Of a stretch of DNA of 64,000 nucleotides, positions 14,157 to 27,050 are shown one piece after another (positions within the stretch are counted from its first letter, which is position 1; every line of letters starts with the position of its first letter). The translations under genes and the position numbers were made by a program. The stretch is taken from NCBI GenBank assembly GCA_973895155.1, contig OZ316897.1:16057375-16121374 (forward strand). The letters run 5' to 3'. The notes under the pieces are model-generated. The model was not told the origin of the DNA and did no database searches. It worked only from the letters and a program-made list of their open reading frames with translations. This stretch comes from Marsupella aquatica. Taxonomy: Eukaryota; Plantae; Marchantiophyta.

Positions 14157-14877
14157 TCAATTCGCAAGCTTCCCAAGCATCAAACAAGCTCTGAGCACAC
14201 CGAGTATGGTACAACAATTGTCCCCGTCCCTGAGGAGATGAACGAGCAACTTAATCTTGAATGAGCGGTTGGCCTCAAGGGTAGACAACTACAGCAGTGA
14301 ACGAAGGTGATGGGCAATCGTCGAGAATCGTATGCCAAGTTCGGGCGGTTGGCCACACTAGGCCACAACTACAACAGCAATGAACGAAGGAGATGGGAGA
14401 CAGAGAACCGTTTGAGAAGATCGATCAACCTAATGCGTTGCATTTAAGGTGTTTCACAAAATCGCGAGGCGCGTCCGACTTCTAAGGGATCGTCCATAAG
14501 ACTTGAAGTTCTTTACACCAAAAACCGCGTCTGACTTCTTCGAAATCGTCCATAACTATCAGAAATTCTCTTCACCGAGAACCGCGTCCAGAAGAATGCA
14601 CACTAATGGCCAGGAACTGGATTTCCCGTTTCTTGAGACCATAGAGGACACCTTGAAGACCTCGAACGATGGTCGTTCTCAAAGTGCAGCAATCGATTCG
14701 TTCGCACAAGATCAGGAATCAAGACAGCAACATGGGGATCCTGCGGCGGATTCCTCAACATTGACTTAGCCATCTCTAAAGCAGGCGACAGATACACGAA
14801 AACTGAGGACAGCGGTAGAACACGGTAGAACAGAGTTCGTACACCAAGAAAAAAGCAGGATTTCTTTTCTCCTGGAG

Positions 14878-14988
14878 AACTTTCGATGCAACAACCATCA
14901 ATCAATCAAACATTATTTACACCATAGTGAAAACTTTCGATGCAACAAACATCAATCAATCAAACAATATTGAATACACCATAGTGAA
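14878..14988. repeat. Tandem duplication, 2 x ~55 bp, upstream of the LecRK
   Basis: AACTTTCGATGCAACAA.CATCAATCAATCAAACA...ACACCATAGTGAA occurs twice. Confidence 0.8.
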
Positions 14989-15100
14989 GTGAGACCCATC
15001 GCGGCTCGGGGCGGAGTGCAGGGGAAGCCATGACAGAGGAGTGGAGCAGGACTGCTTCAACACGTTTCGGCCCCGGTCTCAATTACAAAGGAATCCATTT

Positions 15101-15889
15101 GGGACTCTCAAAGCTCGTAAATTACACTTATAGCCTTACTACCAGTTCCCCATAGTAACCTAGGTTTGTCAAAATGCTCCCATGGATTTTTGCAACTCAG
15201 ATGGACCCCATTTTACTCACAATATCACATGGAATATTCTCAATTACTCCATCCCAATTGGTTTCTGATTCTCCCTATGTCCATGGGAGCATCATTTTCA
15301 CCAATTTAACCAAAAAAATGAAAATAAAATAAAATCTACCCCATGGGAAATTCCTTTCAAAATCCATGGAAGCACTTGCAGCCACATCAGCACCGTTGGT
15401 CTTAATCAAAAACAGCTCCTTATGCAAAACTTATCAAACAAGACTATGTGTGTATGAAACAAGTCAAAGAAAAACAGTTACACCTTGTAACTGTAAAAAT
15501 AATTGACAACTGAAAACTAACATTTCAAATAAATAAAGAAATGAGTGAAAAGTGGGTAAAAGAAGATAACCTTTGGATGGGCTGTGATTGAAATATCAAT
15601 GTTTTCCAATATCTTGTAAGAGTTTTCTATTTAATTAGCAATTTTTGGAATAACCATGGGTAGAAAAAAACTCTTCAACTATTGTAACATTCACCAGCCA
15701 TAGTAACTCATAGTAATGTAACTAATGGCAATGGCATAAGACCATAAGACCAATCTTTATGGCAAAAGTTTATGGAATATGAATTTTGTAAAGTTTCTGC
15801 ACTGTGAATTTTGTATTCTGTAAACTTTTGTGTTTTTAATCCATAACTAGAGAGTTCAGTTCCATCCAATTGTCAGCTTTGAGACGCCC
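15101..15889. mobile_element. Non-autonomous TIR element (Tourist/Harbinger-like MITE)
   Basis: Termini GGGACTCTCAAAGC ... GCTTTGAGACGCCC are inverted repeats; the 3' interior resembles the copy at 45677-45931. Confidence 0.55.
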
Positions 15890-16083
15890 TGATTGAACAC
15901 AAGTATGGAACCTAGGAGGGAGCTGAAACAAAAACCCTTGGGCTACCATACAGTTTCCACAAGAGTGAATCTCACAAGTCAAAGGTCCAAAAAGGTCTGG
16001 GGCAACCAACTGGCTTTCGTTAGTTGGCTGGGGATAAGCTTAGAACCTAGAGGTCCGAGGTTCAATCCCCACTCCACTCATAA

Positions 16084-16085
<2 letters not shown>

Positions 16086-16127
<42 letters not shown>
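16086..16127. repeat. (GT)n microsatellite, about 20 units
   Basis: Directly visible. Confidence 0.98.
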
Positions 16128-16128
<1 letters not shown>

Positions 16129-16222
16129 GTGGTTTCTCCTTAGCCTCTGGCTGGTTTGCTTTGGGGCTTTTGTTCAACCCTCTCTCCCTCTTGGTCTGGG
16201 TCCTGCCAAATCCCTGTGTATG

Positions 16223-16602
16223 ACCCTCTTGTGGCTATTTATAGAGGTGCATGCTCTAGAGTAGATTGTTTATCCTCTCTTGGATGGGGCAACCTCTTGA
16301 GGCTATTTTATAGAGGTGCATGCTCTAGAGTAGATTGCTCTAGAATGTTTATCCTCTCTTGGATGGGGCAACATCTGTTGTTCTTGATTTGGTCTTGGCT
16401 TTCCATCAAGAGATCTGGGTCTAGGGACAATAGGAAGGACACTGCCCCCAAGTTATACCCTCTTGTGGCTATTCTACAGAAGTGCATGCTCCAGAGTTCT
16501 ATCCTCTCTTGGATGTGGCAGCATCAATTGTTGTTGATTTGGTCTTGGCTTTCCATCAAGAGATCTGGGTCCATGGATGATAGGAAGGACACTACCCAAG
16601 TT
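16223..16602. repeat. Nested imperfect direct repeats
   Basis: CCTCTTG.GGCTATT..A.AGA.GTGCATGCTC occurs three times; TTGATTTGGTCTTGGCTTTCCATCAAGAGATCTGGGTC occurs twice. Confidence 0.85.
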
Positions 16603-16667
16603 AAGCACATTCAAGTCTAACATGTTTGTAGTTGCTGCTCAGGATACATGACACCTGGGGCACATTC

Positions 16668-16946
16668 CAGTGGTTTTTTTAGTGGCGAAAATTAGCTAGA
16701 TTCCACCTCCCAAAAAATCTTTAGCCACTTTTGGCTAAAATTCACTACTTTTTTGTTGTCTCATTAGCCAGTGTTCCACCTAATCCCAGGCCCCATTAGC
16801 CAGAATCTAACGGTCAGCCTTAGATCTAGGGAGATCTGACGGTCAAAAAAATAATTGAATAGTGAATCTTTTGAGCATCTTCTCTTTCACACACTTTAGA
16901 TTCGCCACTCTGGCAAAAAAAAGTGAAACCCTTAAAAAATACACTG
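16668..16946. mobile_element. Possible small MITE with CAGTG...CACTG termini (hAT-like)
   Basis: CAGTGGTTTTTTTAG ... CTTAAAAAATACACTG inverted ends and internal GTGGCGAA/TTCGCCAC; no target-site duplication seen. Confidence 0.35.
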
Positions 16947-17073
16947 ACACCTTGTCTTATTTTCACTCCTCAAGACATCTACAAAACGTAATAAGTGGAA
17001 ACTCCCACACATTGACACATTTCTGAAGGATTAAATCTAAACATTGTCTTCTTTTCAATGTATTCCTTATTTA

Positions 17074-18147
17074 GGGCATCTGAAAGTTGGGGGTGTGGCT
17101 TTGGGTCACAGATATTTCACAGCGTCAAGTACAAGGTTCTTTTTTGCTTCTGTTTTCAGTAGAGACTACAATGACTTGGTCATGGTATACGTTCATCTTT
17201 ATGACAAAAAGTTATAGACCATGAAAATTTGGGTAGTCCATAATTTGTTCTTAACTTCAACTATTAAGTTAAGGCTCTATCTATTGTTGAGGTTTGAGAC
17301 TATCTATTCTCTTCTTTTCACCCCTCTAAGATTAAATCTAGACATTGTCTTCTTTCGACTATATTCCACACTGTCAAGAAAACAGAAGGTGTCTGCCTGG
17401 GAGACACTATCCCAAAGGCAAGAGACCCATAAAGGGGAGGCCACAAAAATTGTGAGAGTCTACACCGGAAGTCCCCTGCAACAACAACCAGAAACTAAAA
17501 GCCTAAAACCCTATGTGTCAAAGAGTCAGCTGAAAAACCTTATAGAGTTTCAGGGTAAACTATAGGTATCAAACATTCACTATTCTTTGTTGGGCAAGGT
17601 AGTTGGTTTTAGGGCCTCTAGTTAGTTTATGTTGTGGAAGGCCTTTAGGGTTCAGTTTTTGGTTGAAGTTTTTTCACTTCAAGTGGACTAAAATGATGAG
17701 AAACCCTCTTGAATTGGGCCACATTAACACACACTGTGAAAAAAACACACCCCCTAATGTTAAGGGTAGTGGAGTTTTTTTAATGCCTCTCGGCTTACCA
17801 GAGCTTGTCACGTATGCAGTTTTATATCTCATTATTTGTGATTGTATTTGGGCTGTATTTATATGCATGACATTAATGGATACAGATTTTTTGAAAACAC
17901 AAACTTGATAGTGCTGTACGATGGAATCCACATGATCGATGGGCGAGACCAACTGTAGATGCGCGTTTCAATCTCAGCTGTCAAATTAGAATAGAACCGC
18001 TTACGTATATTTAGGGTAATAGGGGACTCCTAAATATACTAGGGTTTAACATATATGTCAGGTACAAGAGTTATTTTTAACATATACGTTAGGTACAAGA
18101 GTTATATTTAACCTCCCGGTAGCACCCTGTTTCAGTTTGAGACGCCC
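17074..18147. mobile_element. Possible member of the same GGGCATCTCAAA-TIR MITE family
   Basis: TTA|GGGCATCTGAAA at 17074 and TTTGAGACGCCC|TAG at 18147. Confidence 0.4.
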
Positions 18148-20275
18148 TAGTGTTTGGTACAAGAGTTATATATAGCCTCCCGGTAGCACCCGTTTCAGTG
18201 AGACGCACTAACATTCGGTACAAGAGTTATATTTACCCTCCTGGTGGTACAAGATTGTGTCATTTTATGAAGTGGTCATCATTCAAATTTGCAGTGTCCA
18301 AAAAACATTAATCATATCAAAGAGAAGGAATAAAGGTTATATTTAATTTAGTGTGCACCAAAAAGGTAATAAATGCATTCCAAACAAGAGGGGAATCAAA
18401 TGGGAGACCCAAAAGGAGGGAGCCAATTTTGAGCCAATGAGACACACAAAACAAGAGAAAGAATGTACATGCATGAGTATCAAGGAGGCTCCTGACCCCT
18501 AATGTACACATGAAATACAAAAATACATAATATTTATGATACTATGTATTATTGCAGTATTACAATATTGCAAACTATAATAATGATAATAATTTAATTA
18601 AAATAGGTTAATTAAACACAATAGGCTAGATGACAAGGACAATGTCAAAAGCTATAATAAAATGTTACTTTTATTATAATAGTCATTCAAATTTGCAATA
18701 TACCAAAAATGAAAAACATGAAAGAATGATTTCCTTTGTGAATGAAAATGGTGAGCAATATTTCCAAGCAAAAAATGAATTTAATAGTACAAAGAAAACA
18801 AAGAGGGTCTCTAGCAATGCAAGAGTATCAAGGAGTACTCCATTTACCATGTACCACTATAATATTGATCCTGTCCCTTTACAAACTAAAAAAAGTGACA
18901 ATCAATCTTGAATGTTCATCAAAACATATTTTTTTCCACAATGTAGGATCTATCCATACACCCCTTCTAAAAATAAGTTCCTGCCCAAACTATCCTTTAA
19001 CCTTCCCATACCTGCCACAATGAAAAATTTAATCAAAAGTTAATTAATTTTATTCATATATAAATAATTCTATTTTTAAAAATAATTTCAAATATAAATA
19101 AAATATAGATACAATATGTTCTCATCTTGACATCTTTTCTTCATATTAAGATTTTCTCACCTCAAGATCTTTGTTCATCTTGACATATTTTTCTCATCTT
19201 GAGATTTTTTCTCACCTCAACATATATATTATATTTGTCTTATTTTGTCATATTTTTCTCACCCAGTCATTTTTATCTCACCACAACATCTTTCTTCATC
19301 CTCAACATTTTTTCCTCATATTGACATATTTTTCTCACCTCCAAATGTTTTTCTCTAATATGACTTTTTTTCTCACCTTGTCATCTTTTCTCTTCTTGAC
19401 ATATTTTTCTCAGCTCGAAATGTTTTTCTCTTATCGACATCTTTTCTCACCTTGATATATTTTCTCACCTCAACATGCATCATTTGTACAATGCACAGGT
19501 ATCAGGCCCGAGATGTACTTAATCACATCTTTTACTTCCCAACATCTTTGAGTAATGACATACTTTTATTATCTATTGACCATTTTGTACTTAACAACAT
19601 CTTAATACTTAAAGGCATTTTTCGCATAACGATATCATTGGCGACATGACATCTATTTACTTGACACAATTTTTTACTTGATGACCTTTTGGGCAACATG
19701 CCATCTTTGGCAAAATGACTTTTTTTTCTTAACAACATCTTTTTACTTCATGACATTTTTCACATAAGAATATCATTCTTGAAAAACACAACATATAATT
19801 CTCGTAAGAGCATTTTGGGCGCAATAACACTTTCCTCTTAGCGACATCTTGGGGGACACGACATCTTGGGCGTCACAACATCTGTTTTCTTAACAATATC
19901 TTGGGCGCCACCACATCTTTTTTTCAACGACATCTTGGCCGACATGACAACTTGTTTTCTTAACAACTTTTTTTCTCACAACGACCTCTTGGCCGACACA
20001 ACATCTTTTCTCGCCACGACCTCTTGGCTGACAAGACATCTTTTCTCTCAACGACCTCTTGACTGACACGACATCTTGGTTTTTCTCAACAATATATTGG
20101 CCGACACTACTTATTTTGTGCAACGCACGGGTATTGGGGTATTAACCTAATATGTAACTAACGTTCGATACAAGTTATATTTAGCCTCCCGGTGGTACAA
20201 GAGTTATATTTAATCTCCTGGTAGCACCATGAGTTATATTTAACCTCCCGGCAGCACCAGTTTGAAGACGCCCCC
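18060..20275. repeat. AT-rich block bracketed by arrays of GTACAAGAGTTATATTTAACCTCCCGGTAGCACC, with internal degenerate minisatellites (~19110-20100)
   Basis: The motif repeats at ~18060-18255 and again at ~20168-20260; the interior has many TTGACATATTTTTCTCACCT and ACAACATCTT units. Confidence 0.75.
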
Positions 20276-21023
20276 TATTCGATTGGGCCACGTGACAGCT
20301 GAATTCGCAACGCCCTATATTATTGGATTGGGCAATTTGGCGGGAGAACGGCGCGTATCGCGAACTGTTGTAATAAAAGGATGGGTCGAGAGGACAAGGG
20401 TTGAAGCTCCAATGTCACACGGACGAGGCGTTAAGAAATTGGGTTTCTCTGAAGGCCTAGCATTCTTCGATCGGGAGGAGTGCGTCGAGCAGAGCTGGTG
20501 ATCAAGAACAGAGGTCCTCGATTCGGCGATTGCCCGAAATTTTGAGGTCTGTGTCGTTGAATTGGAGTCTGGAGCTTTGAAATTGAGGTTTGTGTCGTGG
20601 TTTTTCGTGTCAAGCTTTGTTGCAGAGCGCTTCTTCTGTCCGTTGTGATTGCTCCTCTGGCTTCGGAGAGCTTCGGGATACGAGTAGGATTTCAGTGCTC
20701 GGGGGTTACCAGGTGCACCAAGACTGTGGGGAGTGCGAGCTTCACTGGATCAATCGAATCGTCGGTTTCGATCTTGGTACCGTTGTTGTGTTGGAGAGCT
20801 TTTGACTTGCCAGAGCTCTCCCACCTTGAAGCTGCGTGGCGGATCGTTCTGAATCAGCCCTAGCTCGGGAGAGCGGTGATTCTCCGGCATCTGCCAATGT
20901 TGCTGTAAATGGTACTCTGGGAGGTGACATGAGATGGTGGTGATACGAGGCGTTCTAGTACTGATTCAAGAGTTAGTCGTTCGTTGTTGATGAGTATTGT
21001 GGTCCGGAACGTTCAGCGCCACC

Positions 21024-23366
21024 ATGCCAACTCTCCGCTCGCATTCCGTTGGGACTCAAAGGTCCACAGCGCGATTGCCAACTGCTGCTGGCGCGTCAAC
21101 TTCGACTCCGACGGGGTCGCTTCATAATTATAATAATACCAAGAGCAATCCTGCTGCTGAGGCTCCGTCCGTTGTCACGGCTTGTGGCTTAGATCCTCTC
21201 ACACCAGCTGGCGACCGAGAGCATGCCCTTTCGTCTCCTCCGTCTGCCGCGCAAACGAGACCGCAAACGAGAGCAGCAGCAGCAGCTGCAGCAGCAGGGA
21301 CTGCACGGAAGACACGCCAACGCTTTGGAAAGAAAGTGCTTTTCGCTGACCAGCAGGAGCATGAAGAAGGGGATGCCGCAGCGGAGATCACGGTGACGCG
21401 GAGGACTAGTAAGAGGGTGCGGAGAGGTGGAGGAGGTCAAGTTGAGTGCATCGTCGAGACGGACGACACTGCTGTGGCTATAGTTACATCTGAGATGGCG
21501 GATGGAATGGCGGTTGGGAACAAGGGGAAGCGAAAGGTTGTAGTAGCTCTGTCGGATAGTGACGAGGAAGGCCAAACCGGCGTGCCTCCATCTGATGTGG
21601 ATACCAGTGACGCGGAGGAAGAGGCAATTGGAAGAAACGGATCGAGGTGCGAGGAGGTTGGCGATGGATCTTCGAGCCATGCCACTCGAGGAGGACAATC
21701 ACCACGAGTGGTGCAGAGAACCCGGGCAGGCCGTTCTCGAATAGAATTAGATTCGGAGCTCACCAACAGAAGAGTGGAGGCTTCTAAAGCGAAATTCTTA
21801 GAGGTGGCACGGCGGCGAGCTGCACATTTCGCGCACTTCACCGAAGAAGAGGACGATCCCGCAAGCTCCTCCGCAGCCAAAGTGAATGACGTAGATTTAG
21901 GGCGAGTTGTGGATGAGCAAAATAGAAGGGCGGCCCAGCTCCTCGCCCAAGTCTCCAATGACGCCAGTCGGCTAGCTGGTAACGGTGACGGACAGGAGAA
22001 CGCATGGCCCGGCCCGTTTGTCATTGCCAGGAACTTAGTGGAGGGCCGTGAATCCGCTGCAGCTGCTCGGCACGAGTCTATTCGAGGTGCTGGACCAGAT
22101 CCAAAACAAACTTCGGTGGAATGGAAGCCGTCCAGACAGCCTGACTTCAGGAGGGTCAGGATTCCAACCTCTCTACACGACATGTGCGTCGAGGTTCTTT
22201 CTGCTAACATTGAACATGTAACTTCTCTCGAGGGAATGCCAGATGCTGCCAAGAAGCTCATCTGCGCACGGTTGTGCGCACAGCGGATTATGACACCGAA
22301 TGCCCTTCGCCTTTACTTGCTGTCGGAGCCTGAAGAAGTCATTGTCCCCGACTGCTCTTTCGCCACCGAGGAAACCCTCACAGAAGCTCTAGTGAAGTGC
22401 TCAACCCAGAGGCTGGAGGTTTTGGAATTGGGGATGTGTGGACGTGCTATGTCCGATCAGCTCTGTGCTTCCGCTTTGACTGGATTTTCCCACTCATTGC
22501 CTGTTCTTCATACGCTGGTTCTCAACGGAGCTTACCGACTTACCGACATTGGACTCAAAACATTGGTTAGTGGCAGTCCTAACCTCAGTACGCTGATTCT
22601 CAAGCAATGCAGCATGATCTCCGCAGCTGGGCTTGAGACGGTGGCAACTTCCGTCGGAAAAACATTGAAGACCCTCTCTTTGGAATCCTGTACTCAGCTG
22701 GATGCCTTAAAGATCCTGCCCCCTCTTTTGAAGATGGCCAGCTTAGAGAGTCTTTCTCTGTCTGGACTTTGTGGAATGAGCGATGGGATCATTAGTGAAC
22801 TGGCAGTAATTCTGGGCCCCCGCTTGCATGAGCTTTACATTGCCGATTGCAAGGCTCTTACAGATGCTGCAATAAGCGCAATTTCTTTGTGCTGCAGGGG
22901 TCTTAAAGTGCTTGATATTGGTAAACTCCCAACGCTTACTGACGGGGCAATTGGAAGTCTAGCTGATGGCTGCAAGTCCTTGAGAATACTTCGACTGGAT
23001 CGTGGGAAGTTTAGTGATACTACGCTAGCAGCTCTGGTCGCCGTCTCGGGGAGTTACCTGACTGACTTGTCACTTAACAGTGTTCGGCAAGCAGGGGACT
23101 TGACTCTCAGCGCTCTTTCTAAGCACTCCAAGGGGACGTTGGAGCAGCTGGATTTGTCTTTCTGCCGGGCAGTAAGTAGTGAAGCACTGGGGTTACTGGC
23201 CGATACCTGCAAAGGACTTCGTGAAATCCGACTCTTTGGCTGCACTCAGGTCACAGATTTCTTTGTGGAAGGACACTCAAATGCGGTGTTGGATGTGATC
23301 GGCATGCCTAAGACTGTTCTGGATGTCAGCGGCTCAGCTGTAAAATCCTCGAGGAAACCCGTATAG
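21024..23366 (+). CDS. RAD7: RAD7-like DNA-repair LRR protein (AMN1-type LRRs, BC-box-like motif), 780 aa, intronless
   Basis: First ATG at 21024 (the track start is TTG). Disordered N-terminus, the WPGPF motif typical of Rad7 proteins, IPTSLHDMCVEVL BC-box-like segment, then many Cys-containing LRRs ending LFGCTQVTDFF. Confidence 0.82.
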   Translation: MPTLRSHSVGTQRSTARLPTAAGASTSTPTGSLHNYNNTKSNPAAEAPSVVTACGLDPLTPAGDREHALSSPPSAAQTRPQTRAAAAAAAAGTARKTRQRFGKKVLFADQQEHEEGDAAAEITVTRRTSKRVRRGGGGQVECIVETDDTAVAIVTSEMADGMAVGNKGKRKVVVALSDSDEEGQTGVPPSDVDTSDAEEEAIGRNGSRCEEVGDGSSSHATRGGQSPRVVQRTRAGRSRIELDSELTNRRVEASKAKFLEVARRRAAHFAHFTEEEDDPASSSAAKVNDVDLGRVVDEQNRRAAQLLAQVSNDASRLAGNGDGQENAWPGPFVIARNLVEGRESAAAARHESIRGAGPDPKQTSVEWKPSRQPDFRRVRIPTSLHDMCVEVLSANIEHVTSLEGMPDAAKKLICARLCAQRIMTPNALRLYLLSEPEEVIVPDCSFATEETLTEALVKCSTQRLEVLELGMCGRAMSDQLCASALTGFSHSLPVLHTLVLNGAYRLTDIGLKTLVSGSPNLSTLILKQCSMISAAGLETVATSVGKTLKTLSLESCTQLDALKILPPLLKMASLESLSLSGLCGMSDGIISELAVILGPRLHELYIADCKALTDAAISAISLCCRGLKVLDIGKLPTLTDGAIGSLADGCKSLRILRLDRGKFSDTTLAALVAVSGSYLTDLSLNSVRQAGDLTLSALSKHSKGTLEQLDLSFCRAVSSEALGLLADTCKGLREIRLFGCTQVTDFFVEGHSNAVLDVIGMPKTVLDVSGSAVKSSRKPV

Positions 23367-26226
23367 CGCAGCAAATGATAGACTCATTATCTTGGTCCCT
23401 TTCAGGGTTCCTTACAGAACAATTTTTCATTCTGAAGATATTATTTTGGAACTTTGTATATGACTCGAATCAGTCATTTTTCAATTCTCAAGAATTTTAC
23501 GTTGGAAAATACTCTATATGGCTGGCATGACTTTGGTCTTACTTCAGTTGTCCCTTTGTGCAAGTATGTACGTAATCTGGGCCAGTGTATTTCTTTGCAA
23601 GATCGATTGATGTCAAAATATGCAAGTTATTCTGAGTTGGGGACCTCTGGACTCTACTTAAACCCTACTTGTTCACTTCAATGGTTTGGATATTGATGTC
23701 TTCCGCGCCAGGTTTGTCGCTGAATTGTCCTACCGAGAACTGGCACGAGCGATGGGATTCGAGTTTCTACCGAGAACTGGCACGAGTGACGGGATTCGAC
23801 TTTCGATGCGTGATCAAAAGGTTTTGGACTCTGGAAGTGAAATTTGGAAGACAGCAAGGCAAGGTAGGGAGATGTAGTAGGGGACTACACAACCCAAGTT
23901 TGTAAGACATTCCAAATGATCTCTCGTCACATTTTGGTTGAGAACGGAAGACAGGACCACATCTGTGATATCACTTGAAAGTCGTGTAATTTGATAGATG
24001 CTTCAATCCAGAGTTCACATTCATAATCGTGTTGGTCGTCATTGTGATCAAGAAAATTAATCAATGGGTCTCGACTCAGAAATATTTGTAGACAGAAACG
24101 TATCTGGTGATATCATTTCGTAGATAAAAATACATCTGTGATATGACTTGAATTCGTGCTAGACGCTTCAATTCAAAGTTCACATATAATAATTGTGTGA
24201 GTTGTCGTAGTTATTAAGGAGCTCTCGTTTTTATATCGTTTAGAAATTTGTGGCCTACAATTTAGGCATATGATTGATTTGACTTCAATTAGGGGTTTAA
24301 TGAGTTGCTTAGTGTGAACTGTAAAGAGAATTCTGGAGACGTGTGAATTGGTTTGATCTGGGGCACGTCCGACTACATTACACCAAACTTTTGAACGATG
24401 AAAAAAAGCTACATGCTTCCTTTTTAAAAAAATTTACTCCTCAGCATAATTAAGAGTAGAAAATTTATTGCTCATTTACGGACCACAATGTTTCACCATA
24501 CTAGACAATGTATTGCTCATATTACATCCTAGATTAGCCACTAAACTATACCAGATTATTGAAATGATTGACAGACAGTTACTACACCATTTCTTTCGCA
24601 TAAATGATTGCACACTTGGGATGTTTCCTTGGAGTACCAAGACTATCCTTCACGTCAGGGTCTTAGCGGATGGGTGAGGGAATCAGTCAGTGGATTGCCC
24701 CCCACTAAGTGCAGATCCTGAAAAACCTTGGAGCGTCAAACCCGTCAAACCTTCTAAAAGAATAATGCTTGAGCACATCATATATGCCTAGTCCACGATC
24801 TACTGTAGTAACAGTCTGCTGTAACAGTCTGCTGCGATTCCATTGCCTTGCAACAAGGACGCTGTTCCAGTTCAACCTGTAGAGTCCTCGAAAGTCAGAA
24901 AGCAGGTAATCTAAGGCGATTACTTTGGTTTGAGTTCGAGCCCACATCGCCATGTTAATCGTTTTCCTGAGTTGCCCTGTCATCTACAACTACTCTAGTA
25001 GAAGGCAGAACAATCACATGACAGGAGGTTTATTGAATTGTTGGGGAATCATGAATACTTTTGAGGCTGATTTATCTGGAAGGTTTTGTTTTCGGAAAAG
25101 GTCCTTAAGGTTCTGTTTTTGGGCCAAAAACTAAATGCTGATTGTTGGTAATTGGAGCCTGTTGCGTGTCTAAGGTTTAGTTTCGGAGTCGTTCTCTATG
25201 AATGTATCGGTGCGAGACTAGGCATCCACCTTCCTCAGGTCCATGCATGGTCCTACAGGGGAATTACTTTTCTATTCCATCCCTTGCGTTTATCCAGTGC
25301 CTAGGTGGCAGACGACTCTCTATCCATAGTTGGTTGGAAGTGATGTTGGATAGGTGACTTCCGAATGATGATGGTCGTGGTGTAGGCCAGGGCGTTTTGG
25401 ATAACATTCAGAACTCTGTCGTCTTTCACCTTCTTCTTGAGGCGAACGTGTCTCAAACTCAAAACTTTGAGCAAAGCTCATCCGCTTCAAGACGGCCATC
25501 TTTTCTTTCACATCGATCAGGGGCTCAACTCAACTCCCCATTGCATGCATTTATTAAGAAGCCAGAAGAATCTTCCACGGGGAATGATCCATTCCACACA
25601 TTGACATTCTCTCCATTTACCACCAAAATGCCCTGTCATTTGCACGTGGTTGCAATGCTGGTGCTTGATGGAGCCGGGATCTCAGCTTCAAGCAAATAAA
25701 ATATGGGCCTCCTGATCCAGAGAAGAGGGTTCGATGCTTCATATGGTGTCATCATGAATCTGGAAGGAAGAGCGCAGTGTCCTGTCCTACATGATGTGAT
25801 CTTTCCCCTGAAGAACGTCTTCCAGGACCTAGACATATGAAACACCAAATCTAGTTCTCTGAATCATGTGCTTGATGATGACTCTGAGTTGAGAAGCACT
25901 ATGGAGCAAATGCACCTTAAGGACCTTGGAAGCATCAAGCTTGACAGACTTTCTGTCATGAGTGGGTGAGGTCCCCTGGAGGTCAAGGGCTACAAGTTTC
26001 AGCTGAGATCATAATTGTGACTAGTCTAGCAATTGCAGCTGGTGGTGTTGCTGACCACGTGATTCTAAGGGCTTTCTTGCATTTTGGTGGCCCTTTCTTT
26101 TGGGGCCCTAAACTTAACTTCTGGTATCATATTAAAGACCCAGAGTTTCGTGCTTGAACCCCTTTCTGAGGCAGGCCTGATGGCAGTTAAAGTAGAGATC
26201 CAAGTGCAAAGGCCAGAAACTTTCCA

Positions 26227-26482
26227 TCCTTGAGGTCCCCATATGTGAAATCTGAATAAAACAAGATGACATCTGGAGGGCCATTAAGTTACTTTTCCGT
26301 CCTTGAGGTCCTCATATGTGAAATCTGAATAAAACAAAATGACATCAGCAGGGCTATTAAGACATAGCTCCAGTATCAATAGCTGTTGTGCATACCTCAC
26401 TGCAGCAGCGAGGGCTGCAAAAGAGAGGGTGGCCTACATGCTGCAGCAGCGAGGGCTGCAAAAGAGAGGGTGGCCTACATGC
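26227..26482. repeat. Two short tandem duplications (~72 bp and ~42 bp)
   Basis: TCCTTGAGGTCC.CATATGTGAAATCTGAATAAAACAA x2; CTGCAGCAGCGAGGGCTGCAAAAGAGAGGGTGGCCTACATG x2. Confidence 0.85.
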
Positions 26483-27050
26483 AAGACAGCCCTTAGGGTA
26501 GTCACCCTTTAGTCACTTCAAATATATGAATAGTAGCACTAAAGGTTGATTGCCTTGCATGAAGGTTGTGGTGGCTCCTGACCTGGAAGTCTGGAAGGCA
26601 CTATTTGTCCGAAAGCCTATAACACATATAGAAGATTAAGAATATTCCTCTAGCTTTAATTAACTACCTTGGTATATGTCTATACCAAGGTGAGACATCA
26701 AGAAAATGTACTTTGATAGACTACTTGTAGGAGGATAAATATGTCCTATAAATTTCATTGTAAGAACTTCTGACATGAAATGGTACCTTTGGTGGGCCCA
26801 AAGGTCAGTTGGGAGAGAACATGAAAGTTTTAGTCCATTAGGATACAACTTTTGTCAGGGAGTTCCACTAAGTATTTATCCTGGCTAATTCTCGGGTGGA
26901 TCCCTTTGTATGCAAAAAGCAAGATAATCTCACTTTATCACAACAAGAATGTCAAAACTAGTTCTTGAATAATGATTTTCAAATGTATTTTTCTCATTAA
27001 ATTTGTGTGCCTCTCACCAGTCCACTGCCTGTGCATTGCACAATTGTAGT

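Noticed and set aside
21437-22261. 274-aa antisense ORF within the RAD7-like gene
   Set aside because: Mirror of the sense frame, low complexity, no domain.
25250-25960. Possible LINE ORF2 C-terminal remnant on the minus strand (LRVIIKHMIQ)
   Set aside because: Similarity too weak and fragmentary to call by eye.
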